Origin: a virus
Length of the DNA: 64,000 bases
Reading direction: 5' to 3' (one strand)
IMG/VR virus record: IMGVR_UViG_3300030103_005357
Location: 32,001-96,000 of that record
The notes under the pieces are model-generated. The model did not search any database and had not been told where the DNA came from. It saw only the letters and a list, made by a program, of their open reading frames with translations. Below are positions 54,598-64,000 of the stretch, in pieces; positions within the stretch are counted from its first letter, which is position 1; every line of letters begins with the position of its first letter. The translations under genes were made by a program, and so were the position numbers.

Positions 54598-55603
54598 ATG
54601 TAAAGAGTGTGGCCAGACGTTCGATACGCAACGTGGTCTACATATGCACATCAAGAAGCACGATATGCTTCTTGGTGATTACTATGTCAAACACTATCCA
54701 CGTTTCGACAGGCTGACCGAAAAACCTATCGAATTCAAAAACGCCAAGCAGTACTTCTCTACAGATTTCAACACAACCAAGAACATGAACCTCTGGTTTG
54801 AGAAAGCGCCCAAAGATGAGGTAAAAAAATATATTTTGGAGAAGTTCAAAAAAAGAATAGAAAACAAGAACCTCAAACAAGCTCCATCGAGCCTATATCT
54901 GAAGACGGGCGACTGGCCTACGTTGGACATCATAAAAAAGCTGTTCGGCGGTTACAACGCATTCTGTGAGCAAATAGGGGTGAGTCCTGCGTACGGAAAG
55001 AATGTATGTAAAGAGTTTTTTGAAGATTATAGCAATGAAGAGGTCTGGATCGATACAAGAGAGAATAAACCTCTAAACTTTAAAAATTCTTATGTTTTTA
55101 AACTAGACTTCGGTGATTACACTCTGCCCCCGAAAAACTATACCCATACTCATGCAGAAAGAAAGTCGTTCCAAGATTTTGCTGCCACTGTAACAAATGG
55201 TTATGCTAGGTTTGTTAGAGAGATAGAAAGATGCCAAAGTTTGGGGTGTTTCTTATTTATCGTTGTTGAGGCAGATTATAATCAAATTTATAAAACAAAT
55301 AGTGCTGCTTACAAAAAATTCAATATGGGATTTGTGTTTAGCAGAATGAGGTCTATCGAAGCGCAATTTAGTGACTGTTGTCAATTTGTGTTTAGTGGAT
55401 CTAGAGAAGGCAGTGAGGAGTTAATACCCAAGATCCTCTGCTGTGGTAAGAAGCTGTGGAATGTTGACTTACAATATTTTTGGGAAAAAGAATTAGAAAA
55501 AAATGGCTTGGATAGAAGGCAATCAAGACCTATACAAGAAGTTCAAAGAAGTAAACCAAGAGATACTTTCCAAAGAAGGATACATCGAAGAAGGAGAGGC
55601 TAA
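54587..55603 (+). CDS. C2H2 zinc finger plus ERCC4 (XPF/Mus81-type) nuclease
   Basis: CKECG...HMHIKKH; IDTRE, GDY and ERKS..D. Confidence 0.8.
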   Translation: MQFECKECGQTFDTQRGLHMHIKKHDMLLGDYYVKHYPRFDRLTEKPIEFKNAKQYFSTDFNTTKNMNLWFEKAPKDEVKKYILEKFKKRIENKNLKQAPSSLYLKTGDWPTLDIIKKLFGGYNAFCEQIGVSPAYGKNVCKEFFEDYSNEEVWIDTRENKPLNFKNSYVFKLDFGDYTLPPKNYTHTHAERKSFQDFAATVTNGYARFVREIERCQSLGCFLFIVVEADYNQIYKTNSAAYKKFNMGFVFSRMRSIEAQFSDCCQFVFSGSREGSEELIPKILCCGKKLWNVDLQYFWEKELEKNGLDRRQSRPIQEVQRSKPRDTFQRRIHRRRRG

Positions 55604-57368
55604 GCTTCTACTTTATAAGTTTTTAAGAGATAATCCATCTTTTGCTTGTGAGTTATTCACAGGTGTAAAGCTATTTCCGTTTCAGCATATGGCTATTAAG
55701 TCTATGATGGAGACGGATTACTTTTTGGGAATATGGAGTCGTGGTATGAGTAAATCATTCTCCACTGCTGTGTTTGCAATTCTAGACGCTATCATGAATC
55801 AAGGCGTGCAGATAGGAATCATATCTAAATCATTCCGTCAGTCCAAGATGATCTTTAAGAAGATTGAGGATATCGCTAGAAGCCCGAAAGCTGAGTTTTT
55901 ATCTCAATGCATAACTAGGACATCAAAAATGAATGATGAATGGGTTATGGAGATAGGTTCTAGTAGTATCAGAGCCTTGCCTCTAGGCGATGGCGAAAAG
56001 CTTCGTGGTTTCCGCTTCCAACGTATGATTATCGACGAGCTTCTTCTTATGCCTGAGAAGATCTTCAATGAGGTCATTATGCCATTCCTTTCTGTTGTTG
56101 AGAACCCTACCGAACGTCAAGAGATCTATGATCTAGAAACTCAAATGATTGCGGAGGGTGAAATGACCGAAGAGCAAAGAAAACGATGGCCAAATAACAA
56201 AATCATTGGTTTATCCTCTGCATCGTATAAATTTGAATATTTATTTAAGCTTTATCAACAATATGAATCTCTAATCATCAATGAGAATAAACAAGATGGC
56301 GCTCATAGGGTAATCATGCATTTTAGTTATGATTGTGCGCCTCCACAGCTGTATGATCAAAATTTGATTAACCAATCTAAATCGACAATGAGTCAGTCTC
56401 AGTTTGACCGAGAATTTGGAGCTGTATTCACAGATGATAGTTCTGGATATTTCAAAGTAAGTAAAATGGCTTCATGTACTCTACCTGATGGTGAAGGGCA
56501 ATGTGTAGAGGTAATTGGTGATCCCGCCTCTAAATATATCCTCGCATTTGACCCTTCTTGGTCCGAGAGTGAAAGCTCAGACGATTTCGCTATACTTTTG
56601 ATAAAGATCCACCCAGAGACAAGAAAAGGCGTTGTAGTGCATAGCTACGCTGTTTCTGGCTCAAACCTACAAACACACATTAGATACATGGCTTATGTGT
56701 TGACCCACTTCAATATTGAAATGGTGGTTGGCGATTACAATGGTGGTGTTCAATTTTTAAGCGCGTGTAAGGAAAGTGGTATATTTAAAAAATTAAATTT
56801 AAAAATAGATACTGTAGAAGCTGATTTAGATAACCCTAAAGATTATGCCAAAGGTATTAGGAAGCTTAAGACCCAAATAGACAAATCATCAAGAAAATTT
56901 GTGTTTTTAAGAAAGCCTAGCTCTACATGGATTCGTTTCGCTAACGAAAGTTTACAATCAGCATTCGACCATAAAAGATTATACTTTGCTGGGTCTGCTA
57001 TGGATGACAACTACAATATGCAGCGCAAAGCTAATATCCCTATTGAAAATTTGAAGTTCTTGAGGAATCAAGATTCGGAAGAGAAAAACAAAGGAGCTAA
57101 GATGATTGACTTTGTTGAGCATCAAAGAGATATGATGGATCTTATAAAAGTGCAGTGCGCTTTAGTACAAGTTACCACTTCGCCACAAGGAACACAAAGT
57201 TTTGATCTACCCCCTAACCTTCGTAAGCAGAGAGGCGCTGACAAAGCTCGAAAAGACTCCTACTCAGCTTTAGTTCTAGGTAACTGGGGTATGAATGTAT
57301 ATTTTGACATGTTGGATAATCAAGACTCCGATATTACAGAAACATTTACCCCAATGTTTATTTCTTAA
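55503..57368 (+). CDS. terL: terminase large subunit
   Basis: LFPFQ, SRGMSKS (Walker A variant), LRG.R..IIDE, AFDP nuclease motif and KDSYSA. Confidence 0.85.
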   Translation: MAWIEGNQDLYKKFKEVNQEILSKEGYIEEGEAKLLLYKFLRDNPSFACELFTGVKLFPFQHMAIKSMMETDYFLGIWSRGMSKSFSTAVFAILDAIMNQGVQIGIISKSFRQSKMIFKKIEDIARSPKAEFLSQCITRTSKMNDEWVMEIGSSSIRALPLGDGEKLRGFRFQRMIIDELLLMPEKIFNEVIMPFLSVVENPTERQEIYDLETQMIAEGEMTEEQRKRWPNNKIIGLSSASYKFEYLFKLYQQYESLIINENKQDGAHRVIMHFSYDCAPPQLYDQNLINQSKSTMSQSQFDREFGAVFTDDSSGYFKVSKMASCTLPDGEGQCVEVIGDPASKYILAFDPSWSESESSDDFAILLIKIHPETRKGVVVHSYAVSGSNLQTHIRYMAYVLTHFNIEMVVGDYNGGVQFLSACKESGIFKKLNLKIDTVEADLDNPKDYAKGIRKLKTQIDKSSRKFVFLRKPSSTWIRFANESLQSAFDHKRLYFAGSAMDDNYNMQRKANIPIENLKFLRNQDSEEKNKGAKMIDFVEHQRDMMDLIKVQCALVQVTTSPQGTQSFDLPPNLRKQRGADKARKDSYSALVLGNWGMNVYFDMLDNQDSDITETFTPMFIS

Positions 57369-57413
57369 CTTTTAAAAGTTAGAAAGTTACTTTTTGTGTA
57401 ATATAATATTGTA

Positions 57414-59390
57414 ATGGCTAGGAAGTATACAAAAAAATCAGACTATTGGAAAAAGTTCAATAAAAACAACAACTTGGAAGATTTAGCTATGAGCCAAGCT
57501 TCTGAAGAAGCATATACCCCAGAATTACTGGGCGAATCATTTTATACATCAGATGCTTCGTATAAGAGTGTGTCTACAGCTAGAACTAACAGGGCTAGCT
57601 CTTCAAGCGCTACAAGGGTCAATCGCTCAGCAGTAAGTAACACTATCGATAGATTCTCTAGCATACGAAAGGGTATGTTGCCCTACCAGTATGCTGGTGA
57701 TGGCGTAAACGTTCGTGAAGGAATCGAGCTATGCCAAAAAGCTTACGCCAACGTTGCTGTATTCAGAAACGCTGTGGACGTTATGTCTGAGTTCGCGAAT
57801 ACTGAAATCTACTTAGAGGGAGGCACAAAGAAGAGTCGTGAGTTTTTTCATCATTTCTTCAGGCGCATCAACCTTCAAAACTTAAAAGATCAATACTTCC
57901 GTGAGTATTATCGTAGTGGTAATATTTTTGTCTATAGATTTGATGGTGAATTTAACGTGGAGGATTATGCTAGACTTATGAATCAAGTTGGAGCTATCAA
58001 CCCTTCAGCTAATAAGATTCCAGTCAAATATGTGCTACTAAACCCTTTCGATATTGTATCTAAGAGGGCTACCACATTTAATGTTGGGGCGTATGAAAAA
58101 GTCTTATCTGAATATGAGCTTTCCCGCTTACAGAACCCATCTACAGAAGAAGATCAGTTAATTTATGATTCTTTAGACCCTGAGATGAAGAAGCTTATCA
58201 AGGATGGTTCATACTACACAGATGGAATCAAAATTGAATTAGATCCCAAACGACTTAGCTTTTCTTTCTATAAGAAACAAGATTATGAGCCATTTGCAAT
58301 ACCATTTGGATATCCAGTATTAGAAGATATCAATGCTAAGCTTGAGCTTAAAAAAATGGATCAAGCAATTACCCGAACTGTCGAGAATGTTATTCTTCTT
58401 ATCACTATGGGCGCTGAGCCTGAGAAAGGTGGAGTGAACGCCAATAACATTAACGCAATGCAACACCTCTTTAAGAATGAGAGTGTCGGTCGGGTTCTGA
58501 TATCAGATTATACTACTAAAGCTGATTTTGTTATTCCAGATCTGAATAAAGTTCTTGGACCTGCAAAGTATCAGATTCTGAATGATGATATCAAGCAAGG
58601 TCTGCAAAACATTGTCGTTGGAGATGAGAAATATAATTCAACACAAGTTAAAGCCCAAATCTTTATTGACCGCCTAAAAGAAGCTAGAAGTTGTTTCTTG
58701 AATGATTTTTTACAGAGAGAGATTAAGCGGATCGCTAATAGCCTTGGATTCAAGTCATATCCGACTGCTACAATGAAGGATATCGACATGCGTGATGAGA
58801 CTCAGCTTATGCGTGTTTCTACCCGCCTTATGGAGCTTGGTATTCTTACCCCTCAACAAGGAATGGAGATGTTCCATAATGGCAAGTTCCCAAATGCGGA
58901 AGATATCGCACCAGCACAAACAACCTTTATCGAACAAAGAAAAGAAGGTTTTTACAATCCTATTGTTGGCGGTGTGCCAATGATTGAGGATGAAGAGCCT
59001 GATAAAGCTAAAACCCCTGAAGCTGCTGGTAGGCCACATGGCACTACCACAGTAGATGAGCAAAAACTGTCTAACGCAGAATATTCTAGAACAAACATTC
59101 AATCTACTATTTATGCCGTAGAAGCCTTTAATTCTATAGCTAGGGAGAGGGCAGAGGAGAAGTTTGGTGGAGAGTTAAATGAACAACAAGAAGAGATGGT
59201 CACCAAGCTTTGTGAGTCGATTATTTGCGCTTCTGAGCGTGAACAGTGGAATCAGACCCTTGAAGCTTGTATTGATAATTTCGAACTTATCGAAGAATTA
59301 AATGTAATGAACGACGTTTTGAGTGTAGCTAATAAGCATAACTTAGAAATTTACCCATCAGCAATTTTATATCACAGTCATGAAAATTAA
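57414..59390 (+). CDS. portal protein
   Basis: Follows terL; AVFRNAVDVMSEF and REYYRSGN; size. Confidence 0.7.
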   Translation: MARKYTKKSDYWKKFNKNNNLEDLAMSQASEEAYTPELLGESFYTSDASYKSVSTARTNRASSSSATRVNRSAVSNTIDRFSSIRKGMLPYQYAGDGVNVREGIELCQKAYANVAVFRNAVDVMSEFANTEIYLEGGTKKSREFFHHFFRRINLQNLKDQYFREYYRSGNIFVYRFDGEFNVEDYARLMNQVGAINPSANKIPVKYVLLNPFDIVSKRATTFNVGAYEKVLSEYELSRLQNPSTEEDQLIYDSLDPEMKKLIKDGSYYTDGIKIELDPKRLSFSFYKKQDYEPFAIPFGYPVLEDINAKLELKKMDQAITRTVENVILLITMGAEPEKGGVNANNINAMQHLFKNESVGRVLISDYTTKADFVIPDLNKVLGPAKYQILNDDIKQGLQNIVVGDEKYNSTQVKAQIFIDRLKEARSCFLNDFLQREIKRIANSLGFKSYPTATMKDIDMRDETQLMRVSTRLMELGILTPQQGMEMFHNGKFPNAEDIAPAQTTFIEQRKEGFYNPIVGGVPMIEDEEPDKAKTPEAAGRPHGTTTVDEQKLSNAEYSRTNIQSTIYAVEAFNSIARERAEEKFGGELNEQQEEMVTKLCESIICASEREQWNQTLEACIDNFELIEELNVMNDVLSVANKHNLEIYPSAILYHSHEN

Positions 59391-59820
59391 TCCAGAAGAC
59401 ATTGAAGTACCCCTTGAGAAAACTGTTAGTTTCAATAATGGGGAAGCAGAAGTATCCATTGCTAGAAAGTATAACGGATCAGAAGCAGCTTTATACAAAT
59501 CATACATGCACGTTTGTGCTATGGATGATAAAATGCTCACAGATACCACTGAAATGGGAGAGAAAGAGACTCACAGCGCTTGTGCCGTTATGTATAGTAA
59601 AATGCGAGCTATGATGATAGATGATAGCAAAGGAGAACTTACTGACAAGCAAAAGAAGCTTCCACCCGCGCTACAAAAAGCCATCCTCGATAAGATGAAG
59701 AAGGATGGAAAGATTAGCAAAGAAGACTCTGAAGCTGCTGAAAAGAAACTTTTATCAAAAGATGATGAAAAGGAGCCTGATCCAAAAGGTGAAAAACTGG
59801 AGGTTAAGGAGAAAAAGTAA
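59380..59820 (+). CDS. hypothetical head-module protein
   Basis: LTDKQKKLPPALQKAI motif. Confidence 0.55.
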   Translation: MKINPEDIEVPLEKTVSFNNGEAEVSIARKYNGSEAALYKSYMHVCAMDDKMLTDTTEMGEKETHSACAVMYSKMRAMMIDDSKGELTDKQKKLPPALQKAILDKMKKDGKISKEDSEAAEKKLLSKDDEKEPDPKGEKLEVKEKK

Positions 59821-59821
59821 A

Positions 59822-61282
59822 ATGCCTTATAAGTATACAACTACTTTTGAATCTGAAATTTTCGCTCATCAAATAGATGATGAGTTTGTATCTAAGGCTT
59901 CGCTAAATGAATTAGCTTCTCTAGTCCCTAAAAACATTGACTTTGAGAAGAATGTAGACCTACTAGGTGTATCATTTAACGCTGCTGTTGTTAATGTGTT
60001 TAATAGGAACGGTGACGGTATTGATACTGCCACCGCTTTAAAGTATAACGATCAATTTATACATAAGCCCACTAATATAGAGCATAATAAAGATAAGATT
60101 GTAGGGCATATTGTTACTGCTGGTTTCAGTGACTACGGCTCTAATAAAATTTTATCTAATGAAGAATTAGAAAACAAAAAAGATCCGTTTAATATAGCAT
60201 TGGGTGCTGTTGTCTATAGATCCGCAAACAAGCAGTTTGCTCGACTTCTAGAAAAATCAACTGACCCCGAAGACGAATCTTATTATAAAAAAATATCTGC
60301 AAGTTGGGAAGTTGGTTTCTCTAATTATGTTTTGGCTGTAGGAAGCGATAAGCTTAACGAAGCTGAAATAGTATCAGACCCTAACAAGATTAAAGAAATG
60401 AACGGTTTCTTAAAAGCTTATGGCGGTTCTGGTAAAACTGATAAGGGTGAACCAATCTATAGATTGATTACTGGAAAGATATATCCATTGGGTATTGGTT
60501 TCACTTCTAATCCAGCCGCAGATGTAAAAGGTATCTATAAAAACCAAGAAGATAGTGATCAAGATAAATTTTCACAAAAAGATAAAAAAACTGTAACAAA
60601 AGAAAATAACATAGCTATGGAAAACATTGTTAACGAACTAAAGGATCTTCTTATCGAGAAAAAAATCGGTGAGGAGACTGTAGCTTCCATGACTCAGACT
60701 TTTTCAGAGGCGATTCGCGAAAAGAACGAAGAGTTTTTGAAGGAAAAAGAGGCTCTTACGAGCGAAAAGGAAGCCGTCAAAAAGGAATACGAAGATCTTA
60801 AAGCTTCTGTTTCTGAGCTTGAAACCAAGCTCTCTGAAGCAAATGATCGGATTAACGTTTTTGAAAATGAGAAAAAGGCTGAAGAAGCTGTCGCTCGTTT
60901 CAATGTGCGTATGGACGAACTTGATTCCAAGTTTGAACTCTCCGATGAAGATCGTCAGTTCCTTGCTGAAGAAGTGAAGTCTCTTGACGAGGCTGAAGAA
61001 GCGTTTGCTTCTTACTCTGATAAGCTTGAAGTGCTTTGGAAGCATAAGAGCAAAGCTAATAAAGAAGCTTTCGAGGCTGAAATTCAGGCTCGCATTGATG
61101 AGGAAGTTGCTAAGCGTGTTGCTAATGCTTCGGAAGAAGTTGATGTTGAGCAAGCTCTCGACAACGCGCAACAAGTTGACGCTGACATTTCAAACAATAA
61201 CGAGGCTGTCGCTTCTCAAGAAGAGAACCTCGTTGACAAATTTAAAAAAGCGTTCTCTCGCGAGAACATCGAAATTTCTTAA
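59822..61282 (+). CDS. prohead protease / scaffold protein
   Basis: N.NGD, NIEH..IVGH, SWE and PAA protease-type N-domain with a long acidic coiled coil. Confidence 0.7.
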   Translation: MPYKYTTTFESEIFAHQIDDEFVSKASLNELASLVPKNIDFEKNVDLLGVSFNAAVVNVFNRNGDGIDTATALKYNDQFIHKPTNIEHNKDKIVGHIVTAGFSDYGSNKILSNEELENKKDPFNIALGAVVYRSANKQFARLLEKSTDPEDESYYKKISASWEVGFSNYVLAVGSDKLNEAEIVSDPNKIKEMNGFLKAYGGSGKTDKGEPIYRLITGKIYPLGIGFTSNPAADVKGIYKNQEDSDQDKFSQKDKKTVTKENNIAMENIVNELKDLLIEKKIGEETVASMTQTFSEAIREKNEEFLKEKEALTSEKEAVKKEYEDLKASVSELETKLSEANDRINVFENEKKAEEAVARFNVRMDELDSKFELSDEDRQFLAEEVKSLDEAEEAFASYSDKLEVLWKHKSKANKEAFEAEIQARIDEEVAKRVANASEEVDVEQALDNAQQVDADISNNNEAVASQEENLVDKFKKAFSRENIEIS

Positions 61283-61302
61283 CTTAAACTAAAAATAATA
61301 TT

Positions 61303-61926
61303 ATGGGACTAAAAATTCTTCCTTTTAGACAATATGACGACCACGATGTCGTTAATCTCTATCGAGTTGCTGATGGCATGGTACTCGATAGCACAACTGG
61401 AGCTGGTTCTGGCGATGCTGGAACTTTCGTGAAGGTTTCTGCTGGTGACTTCTCTGCTGATCCTGTCGCTTATAGCGCAGACAGCTATCTTGGTAAAACT
61501 GATTATCCTTTTGTTGGACGTAATCAGTATCCAAAAGTAAGTCTTGAAGTTGAGCCAGTTGGAACTGGTGACTCATCCCTCTTGGGTATCACTCTTCTCC
61601 AGACTGCCAAGAACGACGAGAACGGAGAGAAACTTCTCTACAATCCTCAAAAAGCTGCTGAACTTCAGGCTGCTCTACCCGGACAGGCTGTTCCTATTGC
61701 CACTAAAGGCATCTTCACTATTTCTGCTTCCGCTTTCCAAGGCGCTCTTGGTGGCAATACTACTATCGGAAATGGAATTAAACCTGCTGCTGGTGGAACC
61801 GTAACTGGTTGTGCTACTACTGATAGCGCATGTTTTGGAACCATTATTGGAACTGGTAGCCGCACCTCTCAAAACGGCGTTACCGATCAGTTTGCTGGTG
61901 AGTATCTTGTCTTTAAATTCAACTAA
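61303..61926 (+). CDS. capsid decoration / cement-type protein
   Basis: Gly-rich beta protein between scaffold and major capsid. Confidence 0.55.
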   Translation: MGLKILPFRQYDDHDVVNLYRVADGMVLDSTTGAGSGDAGTFVKVSAGDFSADPVAYSADSYLGKTDYPFVGRNQYPKVSLEVEPVGTGDSSLLGITLLQTAKNDENGEKLLYNPQKAAELQAALPGQAVPIATKGIFTISASAFQGALGGNTTIGNGIKPAAGGTVTGCATTDSACFGTIIGTGSRTSQNGVTDQFAGEYLVFKFN

Positions 61927-61945
61927 TATAGAAAGAATCTAAAAA

Positions 61946-63067
61946 ATGAAAATCACTTTAAAAAGAACTCCAGAACAAATTGAGTTGGTTAAAGCTATGG
62001 CTTCTCGTAACCGCACTGTCGCTTACGAAGCTCAAGTAGCTCTTGCTGAGTTTATTGGACCTGTGCTTGCAGAGGTTATCAATCAAGCTCCTACGCTTTC
62101 CAGCCTTTTCACTACTCTTCAGTTTAACGCTGATGACAATCCTTCGATCCCTCTTGATCTCTATCATGATGTCAACGACGAGGATTACATCAAGGTTTAC
62201 AGCCAGTCTCATGCTGGTGGTCTTCCTACCAATCAGGTGCTTCCTACTGCATCTGAGATGAAAATCGCTACCTACAGTCTTGATACTGCTGTTAGCTTTG
62301 ATCGTCGTTATGCTGCTAAGTCTCGTATGGATGTTGTGTCTAAGACCTTCACCCGTGCCGCTCAGGAAATCCTTGCTAAGCAGGAGACTACCTCCGCTAG
62401 CTTGGTTATGGGAGCGCTTTCTGAGGCTTCAACCAACAGCGTTGATCACGTTTTTGAAAACGGTCACGGCGGCTTGAACTTCGTCCTTGACGATATCAAC
62501 AAGCTTATGACTCGCGCTAAGCGTATTCAGGCTTCTTTCCTTGGTGGATCACCTGCTGGTGGAACCGCTAAAGGAATTACTGACCTTATCGTTTCTCCAG
62601 AAGTTGTTGAAAAGCTTCGTGCTATGGCTTACAATCCAATCAATACTGCTGCTGCTCCTCTTGGGTCAGCTGTTAAGACCAGTATTGCTGCTCCTGATGA
62701 GCTTCGCATGAGCGTTTACAACAACGCTGGCCTTCCTGAGTTCTACGGCATTTCCATCATGGAGATCCTTGAGCTTGGAGCAGGTAAGAGGTTCACTAAC
62801 GTGTTTGATGCTGCTCAGGCATCTGGCGCTTCTACTGGAGCTGCGTTGTTCACTACTAACGACGATCTCGTTGTTGGTATCGACCGCTCCCGTGAGTCCC
62901 TTATCCGCGCTGTTGCTGTTGATGAAGATTCTGGTGGTGAGTTTAACCTCATCGCTGATGATCAGTACAGCATTCGCCAACAGAAGATTGGATACTTCGG
63001 ATCGCTTGAAGAGGGCCGTATGGTTCTTGACAATCGCGCTCTTGTCGGATGTATCGTTTCTGCTTAA
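61946..63067 (+). CDS. major capsid protein
   Basis: 373 aa, canonical position, strongly biased codons, followed by a terminator. Confidence 0.75.
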   Translation: MKITLKRTPEQIELVKAMASRNRTVAYEAQVALAEFIGPVLAEVINQAPTLSSLFTTLQFNADDNPSIPLDLYHDVNDEDYIKVYSQSHAGGLPTNQVLPTASEMKIATYSLDTAVSFDRRYAAKSRMDVVSKTFTRAAQEILAKQETTSASLVMGALSEASTNSVDHVFENGHGGLNFVLDDINKLMTRAKRIQASFLGGSPAGGTAKGITDLIVSPEVVEKLRAMAYNPINTAAAPLGSAVKTSIAAPDELRMSVYNNAGLPEFYGISIMEILELGAGKRFTNVFDAAQASGASTGAALFTTNDDLVVGIDRSRESLIRAVAVDEDSGGEFNLIADDQYSIRQQKIGYFGSLEEGRMVLDNRALVGCIVSA

Positions 63068-63083
63068 TAGCAAATTCTAGATT

Positions 63084-63117
63084 AAGAGTCGCTCCTTCGG
63101 GGGCGGCTCTTTTTTTT
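63084..63117 (+). terminator. intrinsic terminator after the major capsid gene
   Basis: AAGAGTCGCTCC-TTCG-GGGGCGGCTCTT followed by a T run. Confidence 0.85.
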
Positions 63118-63150
63118 GTTTATTTTTCTATATATTGTGTATAATAATGT

Positions 63151-63507
63151 ATGGACAATTTTGAGAACGTATCATTCGGTAATGGCCAGAACAATTATTT
63201 TGGCGCAGAAACCACAGCTGAGCTTACTGAGAAGCTTGGTTCTTACGGGAAATCAGAACTTAGAGGTTTAGCTTCTAAGGTCGGACTGAATCCAAATCAC
63301 GCAACTAGAACTTTAAAGGATATGATCATTAAAGAGTTTAGATCTTACAAAGCTAAAAACTCACCTATCCCCGCTCCAAAGCCGATGTTTTCTGAAGCTT
63401 CTGAAGAGATTCAAGATATGATTAAGTCCGTTGGCAAAGTTAATGCTGACGAAAAAGTCAAAAAGAAATGGTCTAAAAATAAGAACTCCAAGAAAAAAGA
63501 TAATTAA
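63151..63507 (+). CDS. hypothetical protein (Rho-N/HeH-like)
   Basis: GKSELRGLASKVGL helix-extension-helix pattern. Confidence 0.5.
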   Translation: MDNFENVSFGNGQNNYFGAETTAELTEKLGSYGKSELRGLASKVGLNPNHATRTLKDMIIKEFRSYKAKNSPIPAPKPMFSEASEEIQDMIKSVGKVNADEKVKKKWSKNKNSKKKDN

Positions 63508-63509
63508 TA

Positions 63510-63523
63510 GTGTAATATAAGGC
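63510..63523 (+). promoter_or_regulatory. representative GTGTAA-N8-ATG putative late promoter
   Basis: GTGTAATATAAGGC-ATG; 12 similar sites in the window. Confidence 0.65.
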
Positions 63524-63991
63524 ATGAGTGTAATTAGCGATTTAGCCTCTGGCATCTTTACAGACGAATTTGATAGCGATACAGGTATTGCTACATCAAG
63601 TTCTATTCAAGCTTGGTTAGAAAATAACTTGGGTGAACTAAATAATTTGATCTATAAAGATTTTAGTGGTGCGAGCGCTGATCTAGACACTGAGGCTCAG
63701 TCTATCCATAAGGAGCTTTATTTACATAGTTATTATAGAAAGCAGTCTAGGAATGCGTTAAGGGGAATATCTTCTTCAACAAGCGATAACAAGATACTAT
63801 CTTTAAAGGACGGAGAATCGTCTGTGACGTTCGTTAACCGTAATGAGGTGTCTAAGGTCTACAGAGGGCTTGCAAACGATTCTAAGGGTAAACTAGACGA
63901 TTTGGTGGCGCGTTACAACATTTATGAGGCCAAGCCTCAACAGGTGGGTGGTATTGAGGGGGAGATTTTTACTGGAAGTGTCGATACTTAA
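63524..63991 (+). CDS. head-tail connector-like protein
   Basis: Position after the capsid genes; LSLKDGESSVTF adaptor-like motif. Confidence 0.45.
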   Translation: MSVISDLASGIFTDEFDSDTGIATSSSIQAWLENNLGELNNLIYKDFSGASADLDTEAQSIHKELYLHSYYRKQSRNALRGISSSTSDNKILSLKDGESSVTFVNRNEVSKVYRGLANDSKGKLDDLVARYNIYEAKPQQVGGIEGEIFTGSVDT

Positions 63992-64000
63992 TATAAAATA

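Noticed and set aside
55503-55603. 101-nt overlap of the ERCC4 gene and terL as a programmed frameshift
   Set aside because: terL has its own ATG and the ERCC4 tail looks like incidental run-on; no convincing slippery site or structure was seen.
1-64000. Genome-wide stop-codon reassignment
   Set aside because: Long conserved genes are intact under code 11, and both TGA and TAG terminate genes with coupled downstream starts.

Overview
AT-rich 64-kb segment of a large tailed dsDNA phage (Caudoviricetes) with lambda-type tail-tip genes gpL/K/I/J. A phage-encoded PEP-CTERM-type protein suggests a Verrucomicrobiota or other PVC-group host (inference). Layout: (1) 1-37.8 kb, mostly + strand: Clp ATPase, five glycosyltransferases, two sulfotransferases, a Rad52/ERF-like annealing protein, lysis-type membrane genes, tail tip and fibre, MazG, ThyX, three tRNAs, amidase, a Mom-like DNA-modification enzyme and an orphan RuvB. 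(2) 38.5-50.7 kb, - strand: an accessory, probably early, region of small genes, many behind their own sigma70 promoter with almost no leader. Nine copies of a rigid 77-bp element (27-bp palindrome, 23-bp GC-rich core, 27-bp palindrome) divide it into cassettes, and the core occurs in both orientations. The region also encodes a 66-nt RNA that looks like the tRNA-like domain of tmRNA with no mRNA domain, a 139-nt tRNA-shaped RNA with a 71-nt anticodon insert, and an ORF with an in-frame TGA followed by a SECIS-like hairpin. (3) 50.9-64 kb, + strand: PhoH, a sigma-like factor, an ERCC4 nuclease, terminase, portal, scaffold/protease and major capsid. A GTGTAA-N8-ATG motif precedes many late-type genes. 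Product calls come from motifs recognised by eye; no database search was run.
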